Below are positions 39,847 through 53,110 of a stretch of 64,000 bases of DNA, in pieces. Each line of letters begins with the position of its first letter. Within the stretch, counting starts at the first letter, position 1. The stretch is taken from contig CATNEN010000005.1 in assembly GCA_950097015.1 (NCBI GenBank), positions 3,658,001 through 3,722,000 of the forward strand, read 5' to 3'. Under the pieces are notes generated by a model. The model did no database searches. It was given only the letters and a program-made list of their open reading frames with translations, and had not been told where the DNA came from. The position numbers and the translations under genes were made by a program. The DNA comes from Macrostomum hystrix (lineage: Eukaryota > Animalia > Platyhelminthes).

Positions 39847-42800
39847 ATGTCGGAGTCTGCGGCTATCCACGAACAAAATGCCGCATCTGCTACTGCTTCT
39901 AGTAGTAGTACTAGTAGTAGTGACGTTGGAGTTGGAGATGAAAACACTGCTGAAAATGAGTCCGCGGCAAATCTGTCTGGTCAGTTGCCGCCATTAGCGT
40001 GGCCATTAGCCGCAGTTGTAGCACTGTTATGCCTATTTGGCCCGTTGCCGATCGTCAGCATTCTAGTCTGCCTAGTTTGCTTCGGTGCTGGATGCCTGCT
40101 TCGTTTAGCTCAGGCAGGTTCGAAGACTGCCAACAACCAGCACGGCTCAAACCAGTTGCTGGCACAGTTGCCAGATAGTCTATGCAGTCAGAGTCGCGGT
40201 ATTCGCCAGGTGTTGCAGTTCTTCCGGCAGGAGCAGTTGCAACAGCAGCAACTGTTTGAACAGGTTCGGGTTCTAGTCTAAATTTTTCCTACACACATTA
40301 CATAAACTAGCGTGTATCTTCGAAGCTAACATTCAGTCTTCAATATATTATTGACCAAATCTTTATCAACCAGTTCACAAGACAAGTGGCTCAGTCAGTG
40401 AAATAACATTTTAAATAAAATTAAGTTAAGAGAAATCTTTAGACCTGTCTTTCGTCCTTAGTGAAGCACTGCTTAAATTGCCACATAGAAAGTCACGTGA
40501 GTTTCTATTTTTAGAAACTGACGTCATATAAACAAAGGACGGACCAATGACAAAAATATGTTGCTAAAAATAGGACAGGCAGACTTGCAGCTAAAAATAG
40601 AACATGAGTCATAAGGGCTAATGTTCTTTAGGACCACGTGATGCAGGCACTTTGAGCAAGTTAGCATATGCTAGTCACTTCAATAATGATTATTTATCTA
40701 AAGTGAAAACAAAAATTCTATAGGACCAGCAGAATCGATCAATTAGCGGCGATAGTCGCATAGACGCCCTACTGAATGAAATCTTGGATCACGTGATGCG
40801 CGACTACGTAGCCGATTGGTACGAAGGTATCAGCAATGAGAAACTAACTCCGGCTGAGATGCGTCGATTGTTGCACCAGGCGCTGGCCAATTTGGCTAAT
40901 AGATGCGCCAATGCGGCCTGGACTGACTATCTGACGCAACAGGTGCGTAAATTATATTCCGGTATTGTTTGATAGGCTGAGATTTGGGGGATTGATGAGG
41001 TGTGGGTTTGGGAGTTGATAGGATGAGATTTAGGGGATTAATAGGGTGAGATTTTAAGAGGTTTGCTAGGATGAGATTTAGGGGATTTATAGGGTGAGAT
41101 TTAGGGGTTGATAGGGTGAGATTTAGGGGTTGATAGGGTGAGATTTAGGGGTTGATAGGGTGAGATTTAGGGATTGATAGAGTGAGATCTAGAGGATTGA
41201 TAGGATGAGATTTAGGGGATCGATAGGGTGAGATTTAGGGAGTTGATAGGGTGAGATTTACTAAATTGATAGGGTGAGATTTAGTAAATTGATAGGGTGA
41301 GATTTAGTAAATTGATAGGGTGAGATTTAGTAAATTGATAGGGTGAGATTTAGTAAATTGATAGGGTGAGATTTAGAGAATTGATAGGGTGGGATTTAGA
41401 TAATTGATAGGGTGGGATTTATGGGATTTATCGGGTGAGGTTCAGGGGTTGATAAGGTGAGATTTAGGGGATTGATAGGGTGAGATTTATAGGGATCGAT
41501 AGGGTGAGATTTAGGGGATCGATAGGGTGAGATTTAGAACATTGTTGATAGGGTGAGATTTAGGGGATTGATTGGCTAGGATTTAGAGCATTGTTGATAG
41601 GGTGAGGGGCAGGGATTTAAAGCTTCCACATTCCATATTCGCACCAAGGTCCCTGAAGAGTTCGGCTGTCACATTCGTCTTTATCGTCGCAGTCTGGAAC
41701 AGTGTCTGCTGCCGGACGATCTAGAATCGACATTTTTTAGGCTAGAATGCGACATGGAAGATCGTCCAGATAGTCGCGGCTGCCTCACTGAAGGTCCTGG
41801 TCAGGAGGGCTTTCTTCGGGATCTGGCCGACACTCTGCTTTGCCTGCTGCTTCCCGCGAAAGAATTTCAGGTAAAAATTGAAATAGAGCATCGTACTCAC
41901 CACTAGGTCGGGGGTTCGATTCCCACTGGAACAATTTTTGTCCTTTAGCATGAAAACACTTGTCTCTGTATTGCTGCAGCTCACCCAGCTGTTAAATGGG
42001 TACCAGCATTAGCTGGGATAATTGTGGTTGGGTGTGGCGTCCCCCCAGTCCATGGACTGAACAGCCGTACGCAGCCTTCAGATGCGCCGCGCAATAGCTG
42101 CGGCTGTGCTGTCGTCTGCACATCTGGCTCAATTGGGACAGGTGTAATCAAACTTATTTTAATTATGATTGACAGCTACTATTATTTAACCTGAATTACA
42201 GACTAGTCCATCGAGACTTCTCCTGATAGACATTGTGGTTAACTATCTGCTACAGCCAACCATTGAACTGTTTGCCAGTCCGGACTATGTCAATCAGAAT
42301 ATTATCTGGTTTAGTAGGGACGATGCTTACGCATACGAGTACCTGATGCAGGCGGTGCTGACTGCCGAGGTGGACGGCGAGGTCAAAGCTCTGCTTGGTG
42401 AGTTTGGCCTAGCCTTTGCTTCATTTTGTTTTTTGCGGCACAGGGTTGAGATCTAAAGATGAGATTTGACAGGATTAAAGATAAGATTTGACAGGATTGA
42501 AGATGAAATTCGACAGGATTGAAGATAAGATTCGACAGGATTGAAGATGAGATTCGACAGGATTAAAGATGAGATTTGACAGGATTGAAGATGAGATTCA
42601 ACAGGATTAAATATGAGATTCGACAGGATTGAAGATGAGATTCGACAGGATTAAAGATGAGATTCGACAGTATTGAAGATGAGATTCGACAGGATTGAAG
42701 ATGAGATTCGACAGGATTAAAAATGAGATTCGACAGGATTGAAGATGAGATTCGACAGGATTAAAGATGAGATTCGACAGTATTGAAGATGAGATTCGAC

Positions 42801-45800
42801 AGGATTAAAGATAAGATTCGACAGGATTGAAGATAAGATTCGACAGGATTGAAGATGAGATTCGACAGGATTGAAGATGAGATTCGTCATTATTAAAGAT
42901 AAGATTCGTCATTATTAAAGATAAGATTCGACAGGATTGAAGATGAGATTCGACAGGATTGAAGATGAGATTCGTCATTATTAAAGATAAGATTCGACAG
43001 GATTGAAGATAAGATTTGACACAATTACGGAGTGAGATTTGACAGGAATTAGGATTGAGATTAGTCATGATGATAGTTAGATTTGACAGTAATGGTCAAC
43101 AGGTTAGGTCAATAAAATGACATACAGTTGCTGCAACATTCTCTCTACTCTCTTTCTACTCAGAGTTCGTGATCTCAGAAATGGCCCGCCTACGGTCTCA
43201 AGACGCAGCAGCCACAGGCGGCAGCGGTGGCGGTGGTGGCGGCGGCGGCGGCAGCGTTGGCATTGGCGGCCCGACCAGCGGCTTCGCAGGTGTCTCGTCC
43301 TCGGCGCCCAGCAGCTCCAGCAGCGAGGAGTTGAACGGCATCAAACAGCAGCTGTCCAGTCTGGACTATATTCGCCAGAAGTGTGAGGAGCGAATTCGCG
43401 CCCTGCAGCCTGCAGCCAACCAGTTGGACTTCGTCACGCAGACGTCTACTCAGCCCACTCTGGTCTCACAGAAGTCTATGTCCAATCTGCACCAGCTACC
43501 ATTCGACTCAGTAATTAAGAACAGTCTGGCGCTGAACTATTTCTACGAATTCCTTGTCACCATCAACGCTGTTCGCTATCTGGACTTCTTCCTGAATATT
43601 GAAGGCTTCAGACTGTCCGCCGCCTCCATCTTGTTCAACGTGTTCAGCCGCAACCAACAGTCTGGTATGAGGAACTTATTGACTTCTGTCACTCTACTCC
43701 CTGACTCTACTCTACTCCCTGACTGCTGTCACTCTACTCCCTGACTGCTGTCACTCTACTCCCTGACTGCTGTCACTCTACTCCCTGACTGCTGTCACTC
43801 TACTCCCTGACTGCTGTCACTCTACTCCCTGACTGCTGTCACTCTACTCCCTGACTGCTGTCACTCTACTCCCTGACTGCTGTCACTCTACTACCTGACT
43901 GCTGTCACTCTACTACCTGACTGCTGTCACTCTACTCCCTCACTTTACTCTACTCCCTGACTGCTGTCACTCTACTACCTGACTGCTGTCACTCTACTCC
44001 CTGACTGCTGTTACTCTACTTCCTTACTGCTGTCACTCTACTCCCTGACTGCTGTTACTCTACTTCCTTACTGCTGTCACTCTACTCCCTGACTGCTGTC
44101 ACTCTACTCCCTGACTGCTGTGTTACTCTACTCCCTGACTGCTGTTACTCTACTTCCTTACTGCTGTCACTCTACTCCTGACGCCTTTTGTTGTTTTGTT
44201 GTTGTTGTTGTTAACTGCTGTCACTCCTAGGATAGGATAATTCTCCCCTTTCAGGTGGCAGTCTTGGTCGAGACGCCGCCAGCCTTCGCCAGAGCATCGC
44301 TGAGCAGGCGTCCTCCATATTTGCCATGTACTTTGAGACTTACGCTGGTAGCGGCGGCGTCGGTGGCGGCGAACGGCTGCCTTTGCTGAATCCGGGCGTG
44401 ATTCGTCGGACTCAACAGGCTATTCAAACTGGCCGAGTGGATGAGACAGTCTTCGATGAGTTGCGAGTTGAGGTGACTTGAAAATTTTGAAACTTGGGTC
44501 GTAATTTACTGCTGAAAGATATTTGAAATGCTAATTGCTCATTTTAGCGATCTATATTCTTAATCGCTCAATTTTTGTATTTTAAATAGAGATCGCTTTT
44601 TGGGATTTTGATTTAGGGTCGCTCATTTTAGGATTTTCAATCCGGATCGCTTATTTTAGGATTTTCAATCAGGATCGTTCATTTTGGGATTTAGAATTGG
44701 GATCGCTCATTTTGGGATTTAGAATTGGGATCGCTCATTTTGGGATTTAGAATTGGGATCGCTCATTTTAGGATTTTGAATCGGGATCGCTCATTTTAGG
44801 ATTTTCAATCGGAATTGCTCATTTTAGGATTTCGAATCGGGATTGCTCAGTTAAGGATTTTGAATCGGGATTGCTCAGTTTAGGATTTAGAATTGGAATT
44901 GCTCATTTTAGGATTTAGAATTGGAATTGCTCATTTTAGGATTTTGAATCGGGATTGCTCATTTTAGGATTTTCAATCGGAATTGCTCATTTTAGGATTT
45001 TCAATCGGGATTGCTCAGTTTAGGATTTTGAATCGGGATTGCTCATTTTAGGATTTTGAATCTGGATTGCTCAGTTTAGGATTTTGAATCGGGATTGCTC
45101 ATTTTAGGATTTTGAATCGGGATTGCTCATTTTAGGATTTTGAATCTCGATTGCTCAGTTTAGGATTTAGAATTGGAATTGCTCATTTTAGGATTTAGAA
45201 TTGGAATTGCTCATTTTAGGATTTTGAATCGGGATTGCTCATTTTAGGATTTTCAATCGGAATTGCTCATTTTAGGATTTTCAATCGGGATCGCTTATTT
45301 TAGGATTTAGAATTGGAATTGCTCATTTTAGGATTTTGAATCGGGATTGCTCATTTTAGGATTTTCAATCGGAATTGCTCATTTTAGGATTTTCAATCCG
45401 GATCGCTTATTTTAGGATTTTCAATCAGGATCGCTTATTTTAGGATTTTCAATCGGGATTGCTCAGTTTAGGATTTTGAATCGGGATTGCTCATTTTTGG
45501 ATTTTGAATCGGGATTGCTCATTTTGGGATTTAGGATTGGGATCGCTCATTTTGGGATTTAGAATTGGGATCGCTCATTTTAGGATTTTGAATCGGGATT
45601 GCTCATTTTAGGATTTTCAATCGGAATTGCTCATTTTAGGATTTCGAATCGGGATTGCTCAGTTAAGGATTTTGAATCTGGATTGCTCATTTTAGGATTT
45701 TGAATCGGGATTGCTCAGTTTAGGATTTTGAATCTGGATTGCTCAGTTTAGGATTTAGAATTGGAATTGCTCATTTTAGGATTTAGAATTGGAATTGCTC

Positions 45801-48800
45801 ATTTTAGGATTTTGAATCGGGATTGCTCATTTTAGGATTTTCAATCGGAATTGCTCATTTTAGGATTTTCAATCGGGATTGCTCAGTTTAGGATTTTGAA
45901 TCGGGATTGCTCATTTTAGGATTTTGAATCTGGATTGCTCAGCTTAGGATTTTGAATCGGGATTGCTCAGTTTAGGATTTTGAATCGGGATTGCTCAGTT
46001 TAGGATTTTGAATCGGGATTGCTCAGTTTAGGATTTTGAATCAAGATTGCTCAGTTTAGGATTTTGAATCGGGATTGCTCAGTTTAGGATTTTGAATCGG
46101 GATTGCTCAGTTTAGGATTTTGAATCGGGATTGCTCAGTTTAGGATTTTGAATCGGGATTGCTCAGTTTAGGATTTTGAATCGGGATTGCTCATTTTTGG
46201 ATTTTGAATCGGGATTGCTCATTTTAGGATTTTGAATCAAGATTGCTCAGTTTAGGATTTTGAATCGGGATTGCTCAGTTTAGGATTTTGAATCAAGATT
46301 GCTCAGTTTAGGATTTTGAATCAAGATTGCTCAGTTTAGGATTTTGAATCGGGATTGCTCAGTTTAGGATTTTGAATCGGGATTGCTCAGTTTAGGATTT
46401 TGAATCAAGATTTCATCAGTTTAGGATTTTGAATCTGGATTGCTCAGTTTAGGATTTTGAATCGGGATTGCTCAGTTTAGGATTTTGAATCGGGATTGCT
46501 CAGTTTAGGATTTTGAATCGGGATTGCTCAGTTTAGGATTTTGAATCGGGATTGCTCAGTTTAGGATTTTGAATCGGGATTGCTCAGTTTAGGATTTTGA
46601 ATCGGGATTGCTCAGTTTAGGATTTTGAATCGGGATTGCTCAGTTTAGGATTTAGAATCGGGATTGCTCATTTTTGGATTTTGAATCGGGATTGCTCATT
46701 TTAGGATTTTGAATCAAGATTGCTCAGTTTAGGATTTTGAATCGGGATTGCTCAGTTTAGGATTTTGAATCAAGATTGCTCAGTTTAGGATTTTGAATCA
46801 AGATTGCTCAGTTTAGGATTTTGAATCGGGATTGCTCAGTTTAGGATTTTCAATCTGGATTGCTCAGTTTAGGATTTTGAATCGGGATTGCTCAGTTTAG
46901 GATTTTGAATCAAGATTGCTCAGTTTAGGATTTTGAATCGGGATTGCTCAGTTTAGGATTTTGAATCAAGATTGCTCATTTTAGGATTTTGAATCAGGAT
47001 CGCTGTTTTTGGGAATCATTTTTGAAATTTGAGTGGGGCCCGGTTTTTTAATCTAAATTTAATATCGATCATTTTAGGATTTCGCGTCAAAATCCTATTT
47101 CAAGATTAAAAATAGTTTTCGTCGAAATTTGAACTCGCGACCTCACTCGCTGTAGGTGCTTAGGGTACTAGAGCTGGACCAATTCTACGGTCGGTTTAAG
47201 CAGAGCCAGGGCTATCGCAGCCTACTAGAAGAGATGGATCTGCTCAGAGAGGACGCGGTCAGTCGAAACTCTTGCGATGGCGATCAGGAGGCTGCAGATG
47301 CAGCATCGCCAATCGATGACAGCGACTTTGAGGTGCAGTACACGGCCAAGATTGTGCGGCACGAGATTATCAGGGTGAGTAGCTTGGATTAAGCCACCTC
47401 ATTGTGCACTATGACATGTTGTTATCTTTGGTACTAATAATGGAATTGGTGCCAAACATGCGATTTCAAATCGGGATCGCTTATTTAGGGATTTGGGATT
47501 TAGGATTCTGAGCACACGCTCACACCCTGACTTTCTCATCGTCAGGCAGTGTACACTCTCCCTGTGCCTTTGAGGTTGGCCCTCAAGGGCGTAAATTGCA
47601 CGACAAGCCCCGAAGCCTTCCCAAATGAATTTGGCCTCGCCGCGGAATCGAACTCAGGGACCTTGGCGCTAGAGGCAGACGCGTTAAATCTATTGCGAGT
47701 ATTTTGCAACAATCAACACCCACAGACTGACGGAGACAAGTACACCAGCTATGTGATTCACGTTAACAAAATGTGTGACAGTTCTCACACCTACGAGTGG
47801 GACGTGTACAGGCGCTATTCCGAGTTTGACGAACTGCGCTCAGCCCTAGTGGAAGTCTGCGAACCGCTTAGCCATCTGAATTTTCCCGCTAAAAATTCAT
47901 TTCGCAACAATATGAACCCGAATCTGATTGGACAGCGACAGGCGGAATTGGATCTGTTTCTGCAGCAGGCTTTGACCTTCAATTATACCGAGAAATACCT
48001 GTGCGCCAGATCCATGCTCTACAAATTTCTAGCGCCTGGAAATTTGAGTCCGGGAGCATTTTCTAATTTTCCCGAACGCGGCTCCGTTGGCTCTGGTTTA
48101 GCAGGCGCAAATTTACCGGCTCCTCTGCGCATCATGAGGCAGGGCTCTCAGGATATTATCGAAGGTGTGCGAAGAAATCTGTTGCTGAGGGTGGCCAGAC
48201 CTGGCGGTATGAGCGCCGGATTCGGTCAGGTAGGATCAGCTGATTTGACTGGTGCCACCCTGTTTAACGCTAGCGCCACTCATTCTCAATGACTGAATGA
48301 CTCATCTACTCCTATTATGACTCATCTACTCCTATTATGACTCATCTACTCCTATTATGACTCATCTACTCCTATTATGACTCATCTACTCCTATTATGA
48401 CTCATCTACTCCTATCATGACTCATCTACTCCTATTATGACTCATCTACTCCTATTATGACTCATCTACTCCTATTATGACTCATCTACTCCTATTATGA
48501 CTCATCTACTCCTATTATGACTCATCTACTCCTATTATGACTCATCTACTCCTATTATGACTCATCTACTCCTATCATGACTCATCTACACCGATTATGA
48601 CTCATCTACTCCTATCATGACTCATCTACTCCTAATATGACTCATCTACTCCTATCATGACTCATCTACTCATATTATGACTCATCTACTCCTATTATGA
48701 CTCATCTACTCCTATTATGACTCATCTACTCATATTATGACTCATCTACTCCTATTATGACTCATCTAATCCTATTATGACTCATCTACTCCTATTATGA

Positions 48801-50458
48801 CTTATCTATTCCATGTATGACCCATCTATTCCAAGTACGACTCATCTATTCCAGGTATGACCCATCTGTTACATGTATGACCCATCTGTTCCAAGCATGA
48901 CCCATCTATTCCAAGCATGACCTATCTGTTCCAAGCATGACCCATCTATTCCATTTATGACCCATTTATTTTATGTATGACCCATCTACTTAAATTATGA
49001 CTTGTCAACTCAAATTATAACTGATCTACTCAAATATCTGTCTGATAAAACTATTCCATCCATGATCAATCAATGACAAGGTAGAACATATCTATCCCAT
49101 GACCCACAATGACCCACCAAAATCGCAGGGCAGCACGTCGTCTCTCGGCCAGCTGCCGGAGGAGCTCAGAGCCATCGGGTCCGACCTAGGCGGCATAGGA
49201 GAACCGTCAGATCAGGAAAATGTGCCGCTTCGAATCCTGCTTCTAGTTATGGACGAGATATTCGACGTTCGCGAACGAACCAAACTAATCAGGAAGGGCA
49301 TCACGGCTGTGTTAAGCAAACTTGTTCGAGCACTGCTAGGCGACCGGGTCAACAGGCGTATTGTACAGTTTGCCCGCGTACTGACTAGCGCAGACAGGGT
49401 GGCTTATTATTTGGCATCGTTTCTAAATAGCTTTTGGCCTCAGGTAAAACTAATGCACTGCTTTTATCATTTGTTGCATCTTTGCGTACGATTGTACTAT
49501 TTAATGTGACATTTTTGAGTCAAATTGTGGTTATTGATTTTTGGATTAGGAATTAGGGTTGTTGATTGCGTGATTTAGAATTGGGATTATTGGTTCTGGG
49601 ATTAATAATCTTGCTTATTATAATTGGGATTTAGAATCGCGATACTTGATTTTGGGATTAAGAATCGCAGTTATTGATTTTGGGATTAAGAATTGCAGTT
49701 ATTGATTTTGGGATTCAGAATCGCAGTTATTGATTTTGGGATTTAGAAGCGTGGTTATTGATTTTGGGATTCAGAATCGAAATTGTTGATTTTGGGATTT
49801 AGAAGCGTGGTTATTGATTTTGGGATTCAGAATCGAAGTTATTGATTTTGGGATTTAGAAGCGTGGTTATTGATTTTGGGATTAAGAATCGAAGTTGTTG
49901 ATTTTGGGATTTAGAAGCGTGGTTATTGATTTTGCGATTTAGAATCGAAGTTATTGATTTTGGGATTAAGAATCTTGGTTTTCAATTTTGAGATTAAGAA
50001 TCGTGAATAAATTATTTTGTAAGACTTTGAATCTTGGTTACTCTTTCTGTTATTTAGAACTGGGATAATTTTTGTCAGGTTTTGTACTGACATCTTGATA
50101 AAATATTTACAAACACAGCTAAGAAAACAGTCGGACGTGATTTCAGGGCCAGCCAGCAGCGCCGTACCCCAACCGGGATGCAGCTACCCAGATGCGCACC
50201 CGCCTATTGTGCCGGGCCAAACTATTGGGCAGCGTGTCAACCGAGTTGCGCCAGGTTTTAGGCAACCAAACCACTCGACAAGGCGTGACCCGACTGTTCA
50301 ACATGTTCCAGCATGTCAGCCTGAACAGGCGCCTGGTGTATGTCTTGTTGGAGGGCATTGTGGCCAGATTATTTCCTGATTATCGGATGGATCAGGCTTT
50401 TAAACGAATGTACGCCAGGCAAAGACTGAGAATTGGGAAACAGCAGCAGCAGCAGTAG
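39847..50458 (+). CDS. SNX13: Sorting nexin 13 (PXA-RGS-PX-Nexin_C; snazarus-like): exons 39847-40263, 40724-40942, 41649-41870, 42202-42397, 43164-43664, 44255-44472, 47156-47374, 47726-48229, 49129-49443, 50147-50458
   Basis: N-terminal TM hairpin; PXA (IDALLNEILDHVMRDYVADWY, EGFLRDLADTLLCLLLP, SPDYVNQ); IKQQLSSLDYIRQKCEERI; RGS (LNYFYEFL); PX (YTSYVIHV...VYRRYSEF); ENVPLRILLLVMDEIFD; FWPQ|GQ...MRTR...MFQH..LNRRLVYVLLEG. Splice phases are consistent across all 9 introns. Confidence 0.92.
40975..41600. repeat. ~22-bp G-rich minisatellite (TTAGGGGTTGATAGGGTGAGAT), SNX13 intron 2
   Basis: Direct reading. Confidence 0.92.
41884..42120 (+). mobile_element. tRNA-derived SINE, family B, with CORE-like central domain (SNX13 intron 3)
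   Basis: tRNA-like TAGAGCATCG...AGGTCGGGGGTTCGATTCCC, then GTCCTTTAGCATGAAAACACTT...CTCACCCAGCTGTTAAATGGGTACC resembling the recalled invertebrate CORE-SINE motif. The 3' end is uncertain. Confidence 0.6.
42455..43040. repeat. 22-bp minisatellite (GATTCGACAGGATTGAAGATGA), SNX13 intron 4
   Basis: Direct reading. Confidence 0.95.
43680..44180. repeat. 22-bp minisatellite (CTGACTGCTGTCACTCTACTCC), SNX13 intron 5
   Basis: Direct reading. Starts about 15 bp after the donor. Confidence 0.95.
44600..47000. repeat. 28-bp minisatellite (TTTTGAATCGGGATTGCTCAGTTTAGGA), ~2.4 kb, SNX13 intron 6
   Basis: Direct reading. Confidence 0.97.
47508..47686 (-). mobile_element. tRNA-derived SINE, family A, copy 3 (SNX13 intron 7)
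   Basis: CCCTGACTTTCTCATCGTCAGGCAGTGTACAC...TTGGCCTCGCCGCGGAATCGAACTCAGGGACCTTGGCGCTAGAGGCAGACGCGTTA. The B-box reads GAGTTCGATTCC on the minus strand. Confidence 0.8.
48295..48990. repeat. 20-bp minisatellite (CTCATCTACTCCTATTATGA), SNX13 intron 8
   Basis: Direct reading. Confidence 0.96.
49560..49990. repeat. 28-bp minisatellite (TTGATTTTGGGATTCAGAATCGCAGTTA), SNX13 intron 9
   Basis: Direct reading. Confidence 0.92.
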
Positions 50459-50934
50459 AAAACCATTGATTAACCGCCAGTCTATTTTATTGTTTTGATT
50501 GATAATTGATAAATTATTATGATATTATTAACATAAAAATCAAATGTCAAACTAGTCGCATATGAAAATAAATAATTCCATTCATATTCCATGGTTGCCT
50601 ACTATTGTTATTAGTAGGCTAATTAGCATGCGAATTTTTTTATTTCATTATAAGGTCACATTCACAATTATTCGTGACGTCTCATCCATTTTTTTCTCCA
50701 TCCATCCGTTAATTTATTTAAGATCTAATAAGTTACTATTTTCTGTTGTCTTGCTTAATTCATTATTTAAGCAATGCTCTTTTTTAAGTTTTTTACTTGT
50801 GATTGTAAAACAACTGACAAATGTACACTTGTGGACTAATCATTTTTTGTCGTCTTTTTTACGTGGATCAGGCTATGCTAACAACTGGCTTGCAGTTATA
50901 TTATCCCTACGCCTTTCTTGTGTTTACAATAGGT

Positions 50935-52400
50935 AGATAAAGGGAAAGAGACAGTTAGATATAGGGAAACAGACAGTGAGATGAAGGGAGAGAGACAGTG
51001 AGATGAAGGGAGAGAGACAGTGAGATGAAGGGAGAGACAGTGAGATAAAGGGAAAGAGACAGTGAGATGAAGGGGGAGAGACAGTGAGATGAAGGGAGAG
51101 ACAGTGAGATGAAGGGAGAGACAGTGAGATGAAGTGAAAGATACAGTGAGATGAAGGGAAAGAGCCAGTGAGATGAAGTGAAAGAGACAGTGGGATGAAG
51201 GGAGAGAGACAGTGATATGAAGGGAGAGACAGTGACATGAAGGGAGAGAGACAGTGAGATGAAGGGAGAGACAGTGAGATGAAGGGAGAGACAGTGACAT
51301 GAAGGGAGAGAGACAGTGAGATGAAGGGAGAGAGACAGTGAGATGAAGTGAAAGAGACAGTGAGATGAAGTGAAAGAGACAGTGAGAGTGAGATGAAGGG
51401 AAAGAGACAGTGAGATGAAGTGAAAGAGACAGTGGGATGAAGGGAGAGAGACAGTGAGATGAAGGGAGAGACAGTGACATGAAGGGAGAGAGACAGTGAG
51501 ATGAAGGGAGAGAGACAGTGAGATGAAGGGAGAGACAGTGAGATGAAGTGAAAGATACAGTGAGATGAAGGGAAAGAGACAGTGAGATGAAGTGAAAGAG
51601 ACAGTGGGATGAAGGGAAAGAGACCGTGAGATGAAGTGAAAGAGACAGTGAGATGAAGTGAAAGAGACAGTGAGATGAAGTGAAAGAGACAGTGAGAGTG
51701 AGATGAAGGGAAAGAGACAGTGAGATGAAGTGAAAGAGACAGTGAGATGAAGGGAAAGAGACAGTGAGATGAAGGGAAAGAGACAGTGGGATAAAGGGAA
51801 AGAGACAGTGAGATGAAGGGGGGAGAGACAGTGAGATGAAGTGAAAGAGACAGTGAGATGAAGTGAAAGAGACAGTGAGATGAAGGGAAAGAGACCGTGA
51901 GATGAAGTGAAAGAGACAGTGAGATGAAGTGAAAGAGACAGTGAGATGAAGTGAAAGAGACAGTGAGATGAAGTGAAAGAGACAGTGAGATGAAGGGAAA
52001 GAGACCGTGAGATGAAGGGAAAGAGACCGTGAGATGAAGGGAAAGAGACAGTGAGATGAAGGGAAAGAGACCGTGAGATGAAGTGAAAGAGACAGTGAGA
52101 TGAAGTGAAAGAGACAGTGAGATGAAGTGAAAGAGACAGTGAGATGAAGGGAAAGAGACCGTGAGATGAAGGGAAAGAGACAGTGAGATGAATAGAGAGT
52201 GGCAGGGTGATGGAGAGAGACAGTGAGATGAAGGGAGAGAGACAGTGAGATGAAGGGAGAGAGACAGTGAGATGAAGTGAAAGAGACAGTGAGATGAAGG
52301 GAAAGAAACATTGAGATGAAGGGAAAGAGACCGTGAGATGAAGGGAAAGAGACAGTGAGATGAATAGAGAGTGGCAGGGTGATGGAGAGAGACGGTGAGA
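50935..52400. repeat. 20-22-bp polypurine minisatellite (GAGACAGTGAGATGAAGGGAAA), between SNX13 and TRIM-NHL
   Basis: Direct reading. Includes a ~170-bp internal duplication near 52150-52390. Confidence 0.96.
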
Positions 52401-53110
52401 AATGAAGGAAGATCATATAATAGGATACCAATTAAAAATAGCCATTGCGTCACACATGTGATTCTATCATTATCTATCATATTTCTGCAATGATTTTTAT
52501 GCAAAAACTCTGCGTTGAAAAAAAGTTGGCCTGTGATTTCTTAGTTGTGTAGAATTTCATGTTCATTGTGCTTGTGTGTCCTTTGTAACTTGAGTAAGAA
52601 TCATATTGTTTAACTATCCCACGTATACGAGTCATTTTTTCTGTATTTCTTTAAAGTGTCCATTTTTGTCTCAGTGATTTGAAAAAAAAACTTAGTGTTT
52701 CATCGATTCAAGATTAATTGAATATTTAATTTTAAACAGTTTCGCTTCTGTTGTTGACTAAGTAAATAAATACACTGATACACTCGTATTTGCTTGATTC
52801 GCGTTGTATCTGGTCACAGAAATGCCACCTGCTCTTCAAATTAGCGATTCCTTCGTTCTGTTTTTAAACTAATTTGATCTACCCAAAGAAGGAAGTTCGC
52901 TTAATTGGTTGCAATTCCGGCACACTTCCTGTTAAATAGGAAAAAGAGAGAAAAATTCCTTTTTTTTTAAAACACATGAATTTGCGGACTTTCGGTTAAC
53001 TAGGGAAAGCTAAAGAAATTATTTTCTAAATAAAATCATTGGTCTATTTTAAACTGCAGACTCTGGTCCCACAACTGAGTCTGAGTTGTTAGTTGAGTCT
53101 TATCGAGGCA

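Noticed and set aside
41641-41656. GCACCAAGGTCCCTGA match to SINE family A
   Set aside because: It straddles the SNX13 exon 3 acceptor and continues as conserved coding sequence; a chance match.
50896-52504. 511/526-aa SHCL/HLTVS ORFs
   Set aside because: Antisense of a polypurine minisatellite; stop-free by composition.
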